From Alphaproteobacteria bacterium (GTDB taxonomy: Bacteria; Pseudomonadota; Alphaproteobacteria; RF32; CAG-239): a DNA stretch of 64,000 bases. The translations under genes and the position numbers were made by a program. Where the stretch lies: contig JAZULC010000021.1 in NCBI GenBank assembly GCA_045643605.1, forward strand, positions 6,465 through 70,464. Reading direction: 5' to 3'. Of the stretch, positions 1 through 9,000 are shown in pieces (position 1 is the stretch's first letter; each line of letters opens with the position of its first letter). The notes below the pieces were generated by a model. The model was not told the DNA's origin. It searched no databases and saw only the letters and a list, made by a program, of their open reading frames with translations.

Positions 1-10
1 GGAAAATAAT

Positions 11-196
11 ATGAAGAAATTAATTCTTTTAATGTTTGTAGTTAGTTTGCCATCTTGTAGTTTGTTCGGCTCTTACTATGAAGCTGAGCCTGTTGGCGTT
101 GGTCGAGCTTTAGCAGAATTGAAACTTTCTCCTTGTTCTTGTTTGCAGGTAGAGTTGATAAATACTCTGCCGGACTGGTTTGTTGAAACCATATAG
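11..196 (+). CDS. small putative lipoprotein, VirB7-like by position
   Basis: 61 aa. The N-terminus MKKLILLMFVVSLPSC has a signal peptide and a lipobox-like L-P-S-C. It lies directly 5' of virB8, where VirB7-type lipoproteins are encoded. There are two further Cys residues. No family-level sequence recognition. Confidence 0.4.
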   Translation: MKKLILLMFVVSLPSCSLFGSYYEAEPVGVGRALAELKLSPCSCLQVELINTLPDWFVETI

Positions 197-210
197 GAGT
201 TAGTTGCAAT

Positions 211-954
211 ATGGTGGAAAGTTTGGGCAATAATGGTGTTAATCAAAGATTGATAAGTAATAGCAATCAACAGCCTCGTCCTGCTCAAAAGAAAAAATTA
301 AAGGCGAGTGAAGATGCTGTCCTTGTAAATGCGAGCGAACGTCGCTATTTGTGGACTGCACGTGCTTTTGCTATCGTTACTGCTGTAACTATATGTTGCA
401 ATTTTGTATTGTTAATTACGATTATGCAAATGATTCCACTTTATCGTATTGAGCCATTTTTATTGACGTTTCAGAGTAAAAGTGAACAGGTTTACAATAT
501 TGTGCCACTGAATGGACGCATGGAAGACCGAAGGTCTATTACGGAAGCTTTTGTGAGAGAATATATTTTAAATCGTAGTACTTTTTCTTTGAATACTGAT
601 GAAATGGAAGCAAGATGGATGCCTGGTGGTACTATTCAAGAAATGTCATCATCTGTTGTATATTCTGATTTTTTGGAGAAAACAGCAAAGAGGGCTCTTA
701 ATATTATTAATAAAAAAGGACTTATGAGAGATGTAAGAATATTGACGGTTAATGAGCTTGATAGTGGTTTATGGCAGGTTGAATATGAAACAAGGGATAT
801 GTATCCTAATTCTGCATCTCCGGAAATAAATTACTGGACTGCATCTTTAAGAATTGCATATCGCCAAAAAACAGTAAAGTATGGTGAACGAATGAAAAAT
901 CCGGTTGGCTTTACGGTTACCAAATACTCTTTAATGCATAACAAAGTAGAATAA
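211..954 (+). CDS. virB8: type IV secretion system protein VirB8
   Basis: 247 aa with bitopic topology (charged N-terminus, then TM helix AFAIVTAVTICCNFVLLITIM). The periplasmic domain has VirB8-like motifs (EAFVREYILNRSTF; NPVGFTVTKYSL near the C-terminus). It is positioned before virB9/virB10/virB11. Confidence 0.85.
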   Translation: MVESLGNNGVNQRLISNSNQQPRPAQKKKLKASEDAVLVNASERRYLWTARAFAIVTAVTICCNFVLLITIMQMIPLYRIEPFLLTFQSKSEQVYNIVPLNGRMEDRRSITEAFVREYILNRSTFSLNTDEMEARWMPGGTIQEMSSSVVYSDFLEKTAKRALNIINKKGLMRDVRILTVNELDSGLWQVEYETRDMYPNSASPEINYWTASLRIAYRQKTVKYGERMKNPVGFTVTKYSLMHNKVE

Positions 955-966
955 AAGGTAAAAAAT

Positions 967-2586
967 ATGAAAAACATATCTATTAAAACGATTGAAATTT
1001 TAGGTATATTAATGATGATTGCTAAAGGAGCTTATGCCCAAGCAACAATAAGTAGTCTGGATCAAAATGCAGATAACGCAAATGGTCAATATACCCCGAT
1101 GAATATGGATTATGCCGGTTTTGGTTCTTTGGGAATGGTTCAGAGTGCTTGGTTGGATCCGTTGCAAAATTTAGGTGAAGGACAAAGCAAACCTGCATAT
1201 TCAAAATATTATTGGTCACCTGATTTAGTTTTACCTATTCGTTTGCGTGAAGGTATGATGACTTTAATCAATTTCCCGGAGTGGGAGATGGTTGAAGATA
1301 TTTATATCGGTGATAGTTCAATGTTTGATGGTCAAATTTCTGGACCTAATACTTTGTTGATGTATCCAAAATCCGGAGCTAAAATCGGAGTAGATACAAA
1401 CGTTATTGTTTTTGGACGTAGTGGTAATAAATATGTATTTTATGCAAAGAGTGAAGGTGTTAACACAGAAAGATTGACTAACTCTATCATAGATATAGAA
1501 GTTATTGATAATCAAGGTGCAAACAAAAGTGGATCTTCAAATTCAAAGTCGGCATTCGGTACGGCAGGCAACAGTCACGTCAATGCAAGTGCATGGAATT
1601 CACATTCTGTTGATTCAAGATTTACTAAACGTTATCAACATGAAGATTGGATAAAAAATATTCCTATGGATCCAACAAAATTTAGATTTGATATAGAAGT
1701 TTATGTACCAAATCCTGATGATGTAATAATTGCACCTGAAAGAGTTTGGCGTGATGATATTTTCACATATATTGATTTAGGAGAAAAATCACTCAGCATG
1801 GTACAAAGACCGATAGTTACATTGTTGGTTGAAAGAATAGAAACTCCTGTAGGATTTAGAACAAAAGGTCCTAATAATCGTTTGATTATTGTTGAAGGTA
1901 TTGGAGATATGGTAATGCGTAATGGTAAAAGAATAGTTTGCTTAAAATTACGCAGAGATGATGCTGACGGTCTAGAATTTACACCAAAGTATGAAGAAAA
2001 TGGTTGGGATGTGGCTCCTACTATTCCTGATGGTAAACAAGCAGAACAAGATCCTTATAATGAAGGTAATGTTGTTGATAATAAAGGGAAACAAACAGAA
2101 GTTACAAATCCTAATTTAGTTAATGGATATTTTGGATTTGGAACAACTCCTGCAGATAAAAAATCTTCTGATAAGAAGGATCTTGATGAAGAAGATGAGG
2201 AAAATATAGAATCTGATGATGATTTTGATTATTCTAAAATGCAACATTTGAGTGGCTATAATGGTAATGATGCAGGCAATATGTATAGCAATTATAAATA
2301 TGGAACAGGCTTTAATGATACTGCAAATGCAAATATTTCAGTAGAGTTAGGGACGGATTCAAATGTTTCTAATTTGGAAGATTTATGGAGCGAATTATCT
2401 TCAAAATATTCTAAAGTATTGGGTAAATATCAGCCATTCTATTCTGTTGACACTCCTGCCGATGGACAAGGAAAAGAATTATTCCATTTGCGAGTTGGTC
2501 CTGTAAAAGATATCAAATCAGGTGATGGTGTTTGCAGTCACTTAGGAAGAAATGGTGTATTTTGTAGCGTAGTAAGGATACAATGA
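967..2586 (+). CDS. virB9: type IV secretion system protein VirB9/CagX family with a C-terminal acidic linker and SPOR-like domain
   Basis: 539 aa with signal peptide ...AKGAYA|QA. VirB9-like N- and C-terminal domains are present (YYWSPDLVLPIRLREGMMTLINFP...VIVFGRSGNKYVFYAKS; FRFDIEVYVP...APERVWRDDIFTYIDLG...PVGFRTKGPNNRLIIVEGIGDMVMRNGKRIVCLKL). About 200 extra C-terminal residues end in a SPOR-like sequence. The stop codon overlaps the next start (ATGA at 2583-2586). Confidence 0.8.
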   Translation: MKNISIKTIEILGILMMIAKGAYAQATISSLDQNADNANGQYTPMNMDYAGFGSLGMVQSAWLDPLQNLGEGQSKPAYSKYYWSPDLVLPIRLREGMMTLINFPEWEMVEDIYIGDSSMFDGQISGPNTLLMYPKSGAKIGVDTNVIVFGRSGNKYVFYAKSEGVNTERLTNSIIDIEVIDNQGANKSGSSNSKSAFGTAGNSHVNASAWNSHSVDSRFTKRYQHEDWIKNIPMDPTKFRFDIEVYVPNPDDVIIAPERVWRDDIFTYIDLGEKSLSMVQRPIVTLLVERIETPVGFRTKGPNNRLIIVEGIGDMVMRNGKRIVCLKLRRDDADGLEFTPKYEENGWDVAPTIPDGKQAEQDPYNEGNVVDNKGKQTEVTNPNLVNGYFGFGTTPADKKSSDKKDLDEEDEENIESDDDFDYSKMQHLSGYNGNDAGNMYSNYKYGTGFNDTANANISVELGTDSNVSNLEDLWSELSSKYSKVLGKYQPFYSVDTPADGQGKELFHLRVGPVKDIKSGDGVCSHLGRNGVFCSVVRIQ

Positions 2587-5500
2587 GTAACGAAAGACTA
2601 ACACGTTCAGAAAGTTATATCAAAAAAACCAACCATGTTATAATGATGGTTGGTTTAGTGTCGCTTGTTGCGTTTGTCTTTGGTGTATTGTTGTTGATGA
2701 ATAGTGGCGAAGTTGAAACTACTTATGAAGAACCACAATTTAATGCTAATGATGATGCCTTAAATCTAGAAACAAATAATATTCTTACAGATAGTATTGA
2801 ATTTGAACAAATGGATACCGGAGAAGAACCGATTACTACAACACCATATCCTGTGGAAATGGGAAAAGTAGTATTAGGAACATCTGCTGATAATGTTTTA
2901 ACAATAGGAACTAATGGTAAAAAATCAATAAGAGTAATCTCTGTTAGTTTAGCAGATCCTCCTGCAGATGGATTTTCTTTTCAAGATGAATGTTCGGGTA
3001 CTGATTTAAGAGGAGATCAGACTTGTCATGTGTTTATGAAATGGAATCCTGTTGTTGCCGGAAATGTTCAAAATAATTTCATTATTTCATGGAAAGAAAC
3101 TAATGTTAGTACAAGTAGTGCAAAAGCCTCAAAAGTTCCTGTTCAGGGAAGTGCAGTTAATAAAGAAGATTGTAATTTCTGCGAGGCTACAGGTTCTGTA
3201 AAAACAGAAGATAAAAAAGAATTTAGCAAAAACAGGATAGCCAGAGGTCCTAATGGTGAGATTATAGGCTATATTGATGATGATGGATATGTTAGAGATG
3301 AAAATGGTAATATCATTGGTAGAGTTAATGCCCAAGGAATGATAGTAGATAATGATGGAAATATTATTGGTGTAGCAGATAATGAACAGTTAGTATATGA
3401 TGAATTTGGTAATGTAATAGGACGAGTACTTCCTGATGGAACGGTTGTAGATGCTAATGGTAACGTTATTGGCCGAAGGTTGCCTGACGGAACGGTTGTA
3501 GATGCTAACGGTAATGTTATTGGAAAAGCTGTTGATGCCGGATATGTATATGATGAAAATGGTAATATCATCGGTAGGGTTATGCCTGATGGAACGGTTG
3601 TAGATGCTAATGGTAATATTATCGGCAGAATGAGAGCAGATGGTTCTGTTGTTGATTTGAATGGTAATGTTATTGGTCATGTGGCAAAAACCGGTAAAAT
3701 TGCGTTAGGTGAAGATGGTAAACAAATCGGTGTCGTAATGCCTGATGGTACAGTTGTAGACACTGAAGGTAATATTGTTGGAATTGCCGATAAGGATGGA
3801 AATATAAAATCTTTTTCTAAAAAGAATGATAATGCAGTATATGATGAAAATGGAAATATTATCGGTTACGTAGATGAAAACGGTAATGTTGTAGATGCTA
3901 ATGGTAATATTATTGGAAAAGTTATGCCTGATGGTTCGGTTGTAGATAAAAATGGTAAAGTTATAGGAACGACCCAAAAACCTCAATATGTGTATGATGA
4001 AAATGGCAATATTATCGGCAGAGTAATGCCTGATGGTACGGTTGTAGATAAAAATGGTAATGTAATAGGACGAGTATTGCCTGATGGTACAGTTGTAGAT
4101 AAAGATGGTAAAGTTATAGGAAAGGTTGAATTAACAGATACAATAGGGGCATTAGTTAATACACAACTAATACCTTTTGGACCTGATGGAAAAGTTCTCG
4201 GTACATTGACTGCAAATGGTGAAATTATAGTGGTTGATAAAGATGAAAACAAAACTGTTGTTGGTAGAATTTTGCCGAATACATTAATTAAAAATTCTAA
4301 AGGTACAAAAATTATTGGAAAAGGTGTTCCTGGTGGTTTAATTGTTGGTTGGGGCTGTAAAAATGTCGGCTATTTGAATGAACAGGGAAGCATTGTTTCC
4401 GGCGCTAAAGAATTGCCATACAGAGTCATGCCTGATGGTGTAGTTCTTGATGAAACAAACAATTATGTTGGAGAGCCATTGAAAATTGGTAGTGTTTATG
4501 ATGATCAATGTAACTATTTGGGTAAAGTAAATAGCAGTGGTATAGTTCAAGATGATAATAGTAAATATGTTGGTTGTGTAAATCCTGATGGTGGTATTCT
4601 AAATGAAAACGGTGATCTTATAGGCAGAGTTAATGAGCCGGGCGTTGCTTTTGATTATGACGGTACATATCTCGGTTATGTTAATAATGAAAATAAGATT
4701 ATTTCAGAGAGTGGATTGCCGGTTGGATGTGTTAATTCTGCAAATAATGTTGTAGATTCTAAAGGAATGCTACTGGGAAAAGTATTTAAAAATAAGTATG
4801 CTTTTGACTTAAAAGGAAATTTTCTAAATATTATAAATAATAAAGGAGAAGTTGCACTTGGTGGTTCTACTTTAAGAGTTTATAGTAATAATATTTTGGT
4901 AGATTCTGATAACCATATTAACGGCGTTGCTTTTTCTGAACATACTCCGATAGTTAATTCTAAAGGTAGGTATATGGGCAGTGTATTTTTTGATGGAAAT
5001 GTATACGATGCTGGAGGAATGGTTATCGGACATGTATATGGTGATGCGTCAGGATTTTATAACGATACAATAGGTGTACCTCTGCATTTAGATTATGTTA
5101 TAGGCTTTAATGGAGACAAAATCGGTCAGGTGGCTTATGACGGTAAGGTGTTAAATAAGTTTGGTGAATATTTAGGCTATGTTAATGCAAAAGGTGCATA
5201 CTTTAACGATAAAGGAGAATATGCCGGAGGAGTTGTTAAAACCGGTTCAGCAATAGGTTATGACGGCGCTTATATAGGTTATGTTATTCCGCAGGGAGAT
5301 ATTATTGATTTGTCCGGTAAAATACAAGGAATGGCAACGGCAGACGGCAAAGCTCTGAATTTGCAAGGGGAAGTCGTAGGAGATATTATTGAGGAGGGTA
5401 TTGCCATAGATGTACTCGGAGATCCTAAAGGATATATAAATTCTATAGGAAATGTTATAAGCTTTAATAAAGAAAATTTAGCTATAGTATTGCCAGGTGG

Positions 5501-6020
5501 AGCAACTGATAAAGGTTTGAATTTATTAAGACGAGGAGCTGTTATGGATTTTTCCGGACAAATAATCGGTCACGTATTGCCAAATTCTGAAGTAATTGAT
5601 AAAGATGGCGTTGTTATCGGTAAAATATTGCCGGATGGTAAAGCTGTTAATCAATATGGAAAATTGGTCGGCGAACTAATTGACGGCGATATAGTTATTG
5701 ATGAAAAGGATAAAGTTGCAGGATATGTATTGTATAATGGTGATATTTTAGCTTTAGATGGTCTTGAAAATGGAAAATTATTGGCTTCAGGTGTCGCTAT
5801 TGATAAACAAAATGAAATTTTAGGCAGTGTATATAAAATTGGGGCAAGTGTACTCAGTAATGATGGAAATTATGTCGGAAGGTTAACAGCATCCGGCAAT
5901 GTAGTAGATACCAAAGGTAAAAATATAGGTTATATTAAAAATAATGGCTCATTTGTAGATTTGGATAAACATATAGCAGGATATGTTTTACAAGAAGTTG
6001 CACAAAATCGGAGGAATTAA
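2583..6020 (+). CDS. T4SS-embedded giant repeat protein (N-terminal TM anchor, Ig-like domain, DG/NG tandem repeats)
   Basis: 1145-aa uninterrupted ORF, translationally coupled to virB9. The N-terminus is a charged segment plus one TM helix (VIMMVGLVSLVAFVFGVLLLM). Around aa 90-175 the pattern resembles an Ig-like/ASH-type fold (VVLGTSADNVLTIGTNGKKSIRVISVSLADPPADGFSFQDECSGTDLRGDQTCHVFMKWNPVVAGNVQNNFIISW). The remaining ~900 aa are tandem repeats like MPDGTVVDANGNIIGRV. Confidence 0.7.
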   Translation: MSNERLTRSESYIKKTNHVIMMVGLVSLVAFVFGVLLLMNSGEVETTYEEPQFNANDDALNLETNNILTDSIEFEQMDTGEEPITTTPYPVEMGKVVLGTSADNVLTIGTNGKKSIRVISVSLADPPADGFSFQDECSGTDLRGDQTCHVFMKWNPVVAGNVQNNFIISWKETNVSTSSAKASKVPVQGSAVNKEDCNFCEATGSVKTEDKKEFSKNRIARGPNGEIIGYIDDDGYVRDENGNIIGRVNAQGMIVDNDGNIIGVADNEQLVYDEFGNVIGRVLPDGTVVDANGNVIGRRLPDGTVVDANGNVIGKAVDAGYVYDENGNIIGRVMPDGTVVDANGNIIGRMRADGSVVDLNGNVIGHVAKTGKIALGEDGKQIGVVMPDGTVVDTEGNIVGIADKDGNIKSFSKKNDNAVYDENGNIIGYVDENGNVVDANGNIIGKVMPDGSVVDKNGKVIGTTQKPQYVYDENGNIIGRVMPDGTVVDKNGNVIGRVLPDGTVVDKDGKVIGKVELTDTIGALVNTQLIPFGPDGKVLGTLTANGEIIVVDKDENKTVVGRILPNTLIKNSKGTKIIGKGVPGGLIVGWGCKNVGYLNEQGSIVSGAKELPYRVMPDGVVLDETNNYVGEPLKIGSVYDDQCNYLGKVNSSGIVQDDNSKYVGCVNPDGGILNENGDLIGRVNEPGVAFDYDGTYLGYVNNENKIISESGLPVGCVNSANNVVDSKGMLLGKVFKNKYAFDLKGNFLNIINNKGEVALGGSTLRVYSNNILVDSDNHINGVAFSEHTPIVNSKGRYMGSVFFDGNVYDAGGMVIGHVYGDASGFYNDTIGVPLHLDYVIGFNGDKIGQVAYDGKVLNKFGEYLGYVNAKGAYFNDKGEYAGGVVKTGSAIGYDGAYIGYVIPQGDIIDLSGKIQGMATADGKALNLQGEVVGDIIEEGIAIDVLGDPKGYINSIGNVISFNKENLAIVLPGGATDKGLNLLRRGAVMDFSGQIIGHVLPNSEVIDKDGVVIGKILPDGKAVNQYGKLVGELIDGDIVIDEKDKVAGYVLYNGDILALDGLENGKLLASGVAIDKQNEILGSVYKIGASVLSNDGNYVGRLTASGNVVDTKGKNIGYIKNNGSFVDLDKHIAGYVLQEVAQNRRN
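3240..6000 (+). repeat. coding tandem repeat array (8-9 aa half-units, about 17-aa double unit; consensus near LPDGTVVDxNGNVIGRV)
   Basis: Repeats are visible in the translation from IARGPNGEIIGYIDDDGYVRDENGNIIGRV to the C-terminus. The most regular copies lie at about 3400-4130, where DNA copies are identical or nearly so: the 32-mer cctgatggaacggttgtagatgctaatggtaa occurs at 3432-3463 and 3585-3616, and a 2-mismatch copy lies at 3483-3514. Confidence 0.9.
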
Positions 6021-6022
6021 AA

Positions 6023-9000
6023 TTGTTGTTGATAAATAAAAATAAAAAAATATTCAGCAAAGTTAGATTTGCATCTTTATTTTTATGCATTTTGTGTTTT
6101 GCTACAAACTCTTTTGCTCAAGAAATTACGGCTATAGATTTTAATGGCGATATATTAGGTAAAATTATTCCTGATGGAAAGGTAATAAGTACCGAAAATG
6201 AAATTTTAGGAAATGTTAATGCAGATAGTTTTGTTGTAGATAAAGATGGCGCATTGATTGGTGGTGTAGTTCCACAGGGAATTGCTATTGGTAATGATAA
6301 TACAGTGTTAGGGCGTATCAATGCTGATGGTTCGGTGAGACTTCCTTCTGGAAAGGTTGTTGGTAAAGCTTTACCTACCGGATTGATTGTTGATGAAACT
6401 TATAATTTAATTGGTGAAGTATTGTTTCCGGGGTTAGTGTATTCTGATGCAGGTAAAGCTGTCGGACGTTTAACCGGTGATGGCAGTTATACGAATATAG
6501 ATGGAAAATCTGTCGGTTTTATTTCAAGTGGAGGGTATGCTTATAAAAAAGATGGAGATTCTTATATCATTGACGGCCGGTTATTATCTTCTAAAATGGT
6601 AATTTCTTCAGAAGGTAAGTTTATTGGCAGTGTTGCTCTTGGTGGTAAAGTTACTGACTTTGATTCTAATGTAATAGGGTATATCCATGCTAATGGTTAT
6701 GCTTATAATGAAGAAGATAAAATCATTGGACATATTGTTAAAAACGGATATGCAATTTCCGATGATGGAGAATATTTAGGCTTTGTAAGCTATAATGGTG
6801 AAGTTATTAAGAATAATCAGGTTATAGGTTATTTGCGTTTTGATGATAATATCGTTGATAAAGAACAAAACATTATAGGATTTTTTGTAGATATTGCAGC
6901 AAGTTTTACTGATTTTAGCGGTAATTATATCGGTAGAATAATGCCAAAAGGAAAGGTTGTTAAAGGCAAAGATGAGATAGGTTCGGTTTTTGCAAAAGGT
7001 TTTGTTGTTGATAATGATGGTAATTTGATAGGAAAAATGGTAAATCCAGGTCCTGTGTTTGATTATCGAGGATCATTGATAGCTCATGCTTATAAAAATG
7101 GACAAGTAACATCCTTAACAGGTTCTTCAGTTGGTAAAATTATTGATAATAATGTTTTTAGTAATGTAGGAAAAGTTATCGGTGCAACATTTAAAAATGC
7201 GATTATTATTGATAAAAATAATAAATCTTTAGGAATGAATGGTGTTTCCGGAAATATAAGTTATGGTGACAGATATACAATTACGCCTTTTGGTTACGTT
7301 TATGGTTCAGATGGAGAGATTTCTGCTGAGAGTATGAACCTTGGAGCTATATATGATATATATGGTGCAGTTTTAGGATATATTACTCCAAATGCTACGA
7401 TAGTTAATAAAAATTATGATAAAATAGCAGAAATATTGCAGTTCGGATATGCTAAAAATGATAATAATAAAATTGCAGGTAAAAATATAGTTGTTGATTT
7501 TGGAATTAATAAAGCAGGTGATTTCTTCGGATGGCTGTCAGAGTCTAACCTGTTTTTGAATAAGGCAAAAAATGTTATAGCAAAAGTTTTGCCTGATATG
7601 TCTATTGTTGCTTCAGGTAAAAAGATAGAAAAAGTGTTATCTCCAAGAGATGGAAGTGCATACAAAAAGCAAATGGTAATCAATAAGGAAGGTAATTTAA
7701 TCGGTTACGTCAATGATAAAGCAGAAGTGCAAGATTTAGAATATGGTATAATCGGAAAAATTACAGAAAACGGCTATGCTTTAGATGAAACAGGTGCTTT
7801 AATTGGAGAAATTGTTGATTTAGGCACTGTTATAGATGATAAATGTAATTTTGTTGGAGTAATTACCCCAACAGGTGATGTAAGAAATTATAAAGATTCT
7901 GTTATTGGTAGAATTCTTCAAAATGGACAAGTTGTATCGCAAGGAGGCAGTGTTGTTGGTCATCGTGTGTTTAATAACATACTTATTGATCGTAACAATG
8001 AATTTTTTGCTACACCTGCAGTAAGTGGTTATGCGTTTGATGGTAAAAATAAAAAAATTGGTTGTATAGATATTAACGGATATTATAAAAATAAAGATAA
8101 TGAAATTTTAGCCGGTGTTTTGGAATATGCCCATGTAATGGGATATACTGATAAAATTATCGGAAGAGTAACTTTTGACGGAAATGTTGTTGATGAAGAT
8201 GGCAATGTAATTGGTAAAGTTACATTAAATGGCAACGTTGTAAGTGAAGACAATAAGGCTCTTGGACATATTTTCAAATATAGATACGCTTTTGATAATA
8301 ATAATGAATATTTAGGACGTGTTTTAGATAATGCAAAAGTAGTTAATAATCATAATGAAGATTTAGGATTTGTGAGTTATGAAGGCTATGTTATAGATAA
8401 TGGTGAGAAGATAGGTTATGCCAGCTATGATATGTATATTTACGATAATGATTCTAAAGCAATAGGATATATTGATAAAAACGGTGAAGTTAAAGACTTT
8501 AGTAATAATAAACTCGGTGATTTAGATAAAGGTTTTGTTTTAAATAGAAATGATAAATTAATCGGAAGAATTAAAAGAGATTATTGGGTTGTTAATAATG
8601 AAAAAGAAGTGTTGGGAGAATTGGCTATAAACGGCAAATTATATTCCCTTGATGGTAAAGTTATCGGTACTTTGACTCAAGATGGTAAGATAAAAGATAG
8701 CAAAGATAAAATTATTGCTACTCCGTATCCTCTTCAATATTATATGGGTAAGGTAAAAAAGAAACCTGTAAAAGAAGATAAAGAAATAAAGGTTCAAACT
8801 ATTGATGACGATAAGACAAATGAGGATGATACTGAAAAACCAGTAGTTTCTGAACAAAATAAAGCAGATATTGAAGATTTTAGCTCTAAAATTATAGGTA
8901 TAGCGCTTACACCTGATGGAGATTATCTGGGCGATATTATAGAAAACGGAGATGTTGTTGATAAAAAAGGAAATTTGATAGGTAAGAGAATGCCTGATGG

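Noticed and set aside
5990-6030. The two repeat ORFs (2583-6020 and 6023-10276) as one frameshifted virB10 pseudogene.
   Set aside because: The second ORF has its own strong GGAGGA site, a TTG start and a textbook Sec signal peptide, and both ORFs are otherwise intact over 3.4 and 4.3 kb. A functional two-gene arrangement is more likely, although a sequencing error cannot be excluded without reads.
3129-8857. Many antisense and off-frame ORFs of 60-100 aa in the track within the repeat genes (e.g. 3269-3571, 3390-3680, 3705-3986, 3983-4252, 7414-7683, 8639-8857).
   Set aside because: They lie entirely inside long sense ORFs with clear homology. Their low-complexity Ile/Thr/Asn/Ser-rich translations simply mirror the sense-strand repeats.
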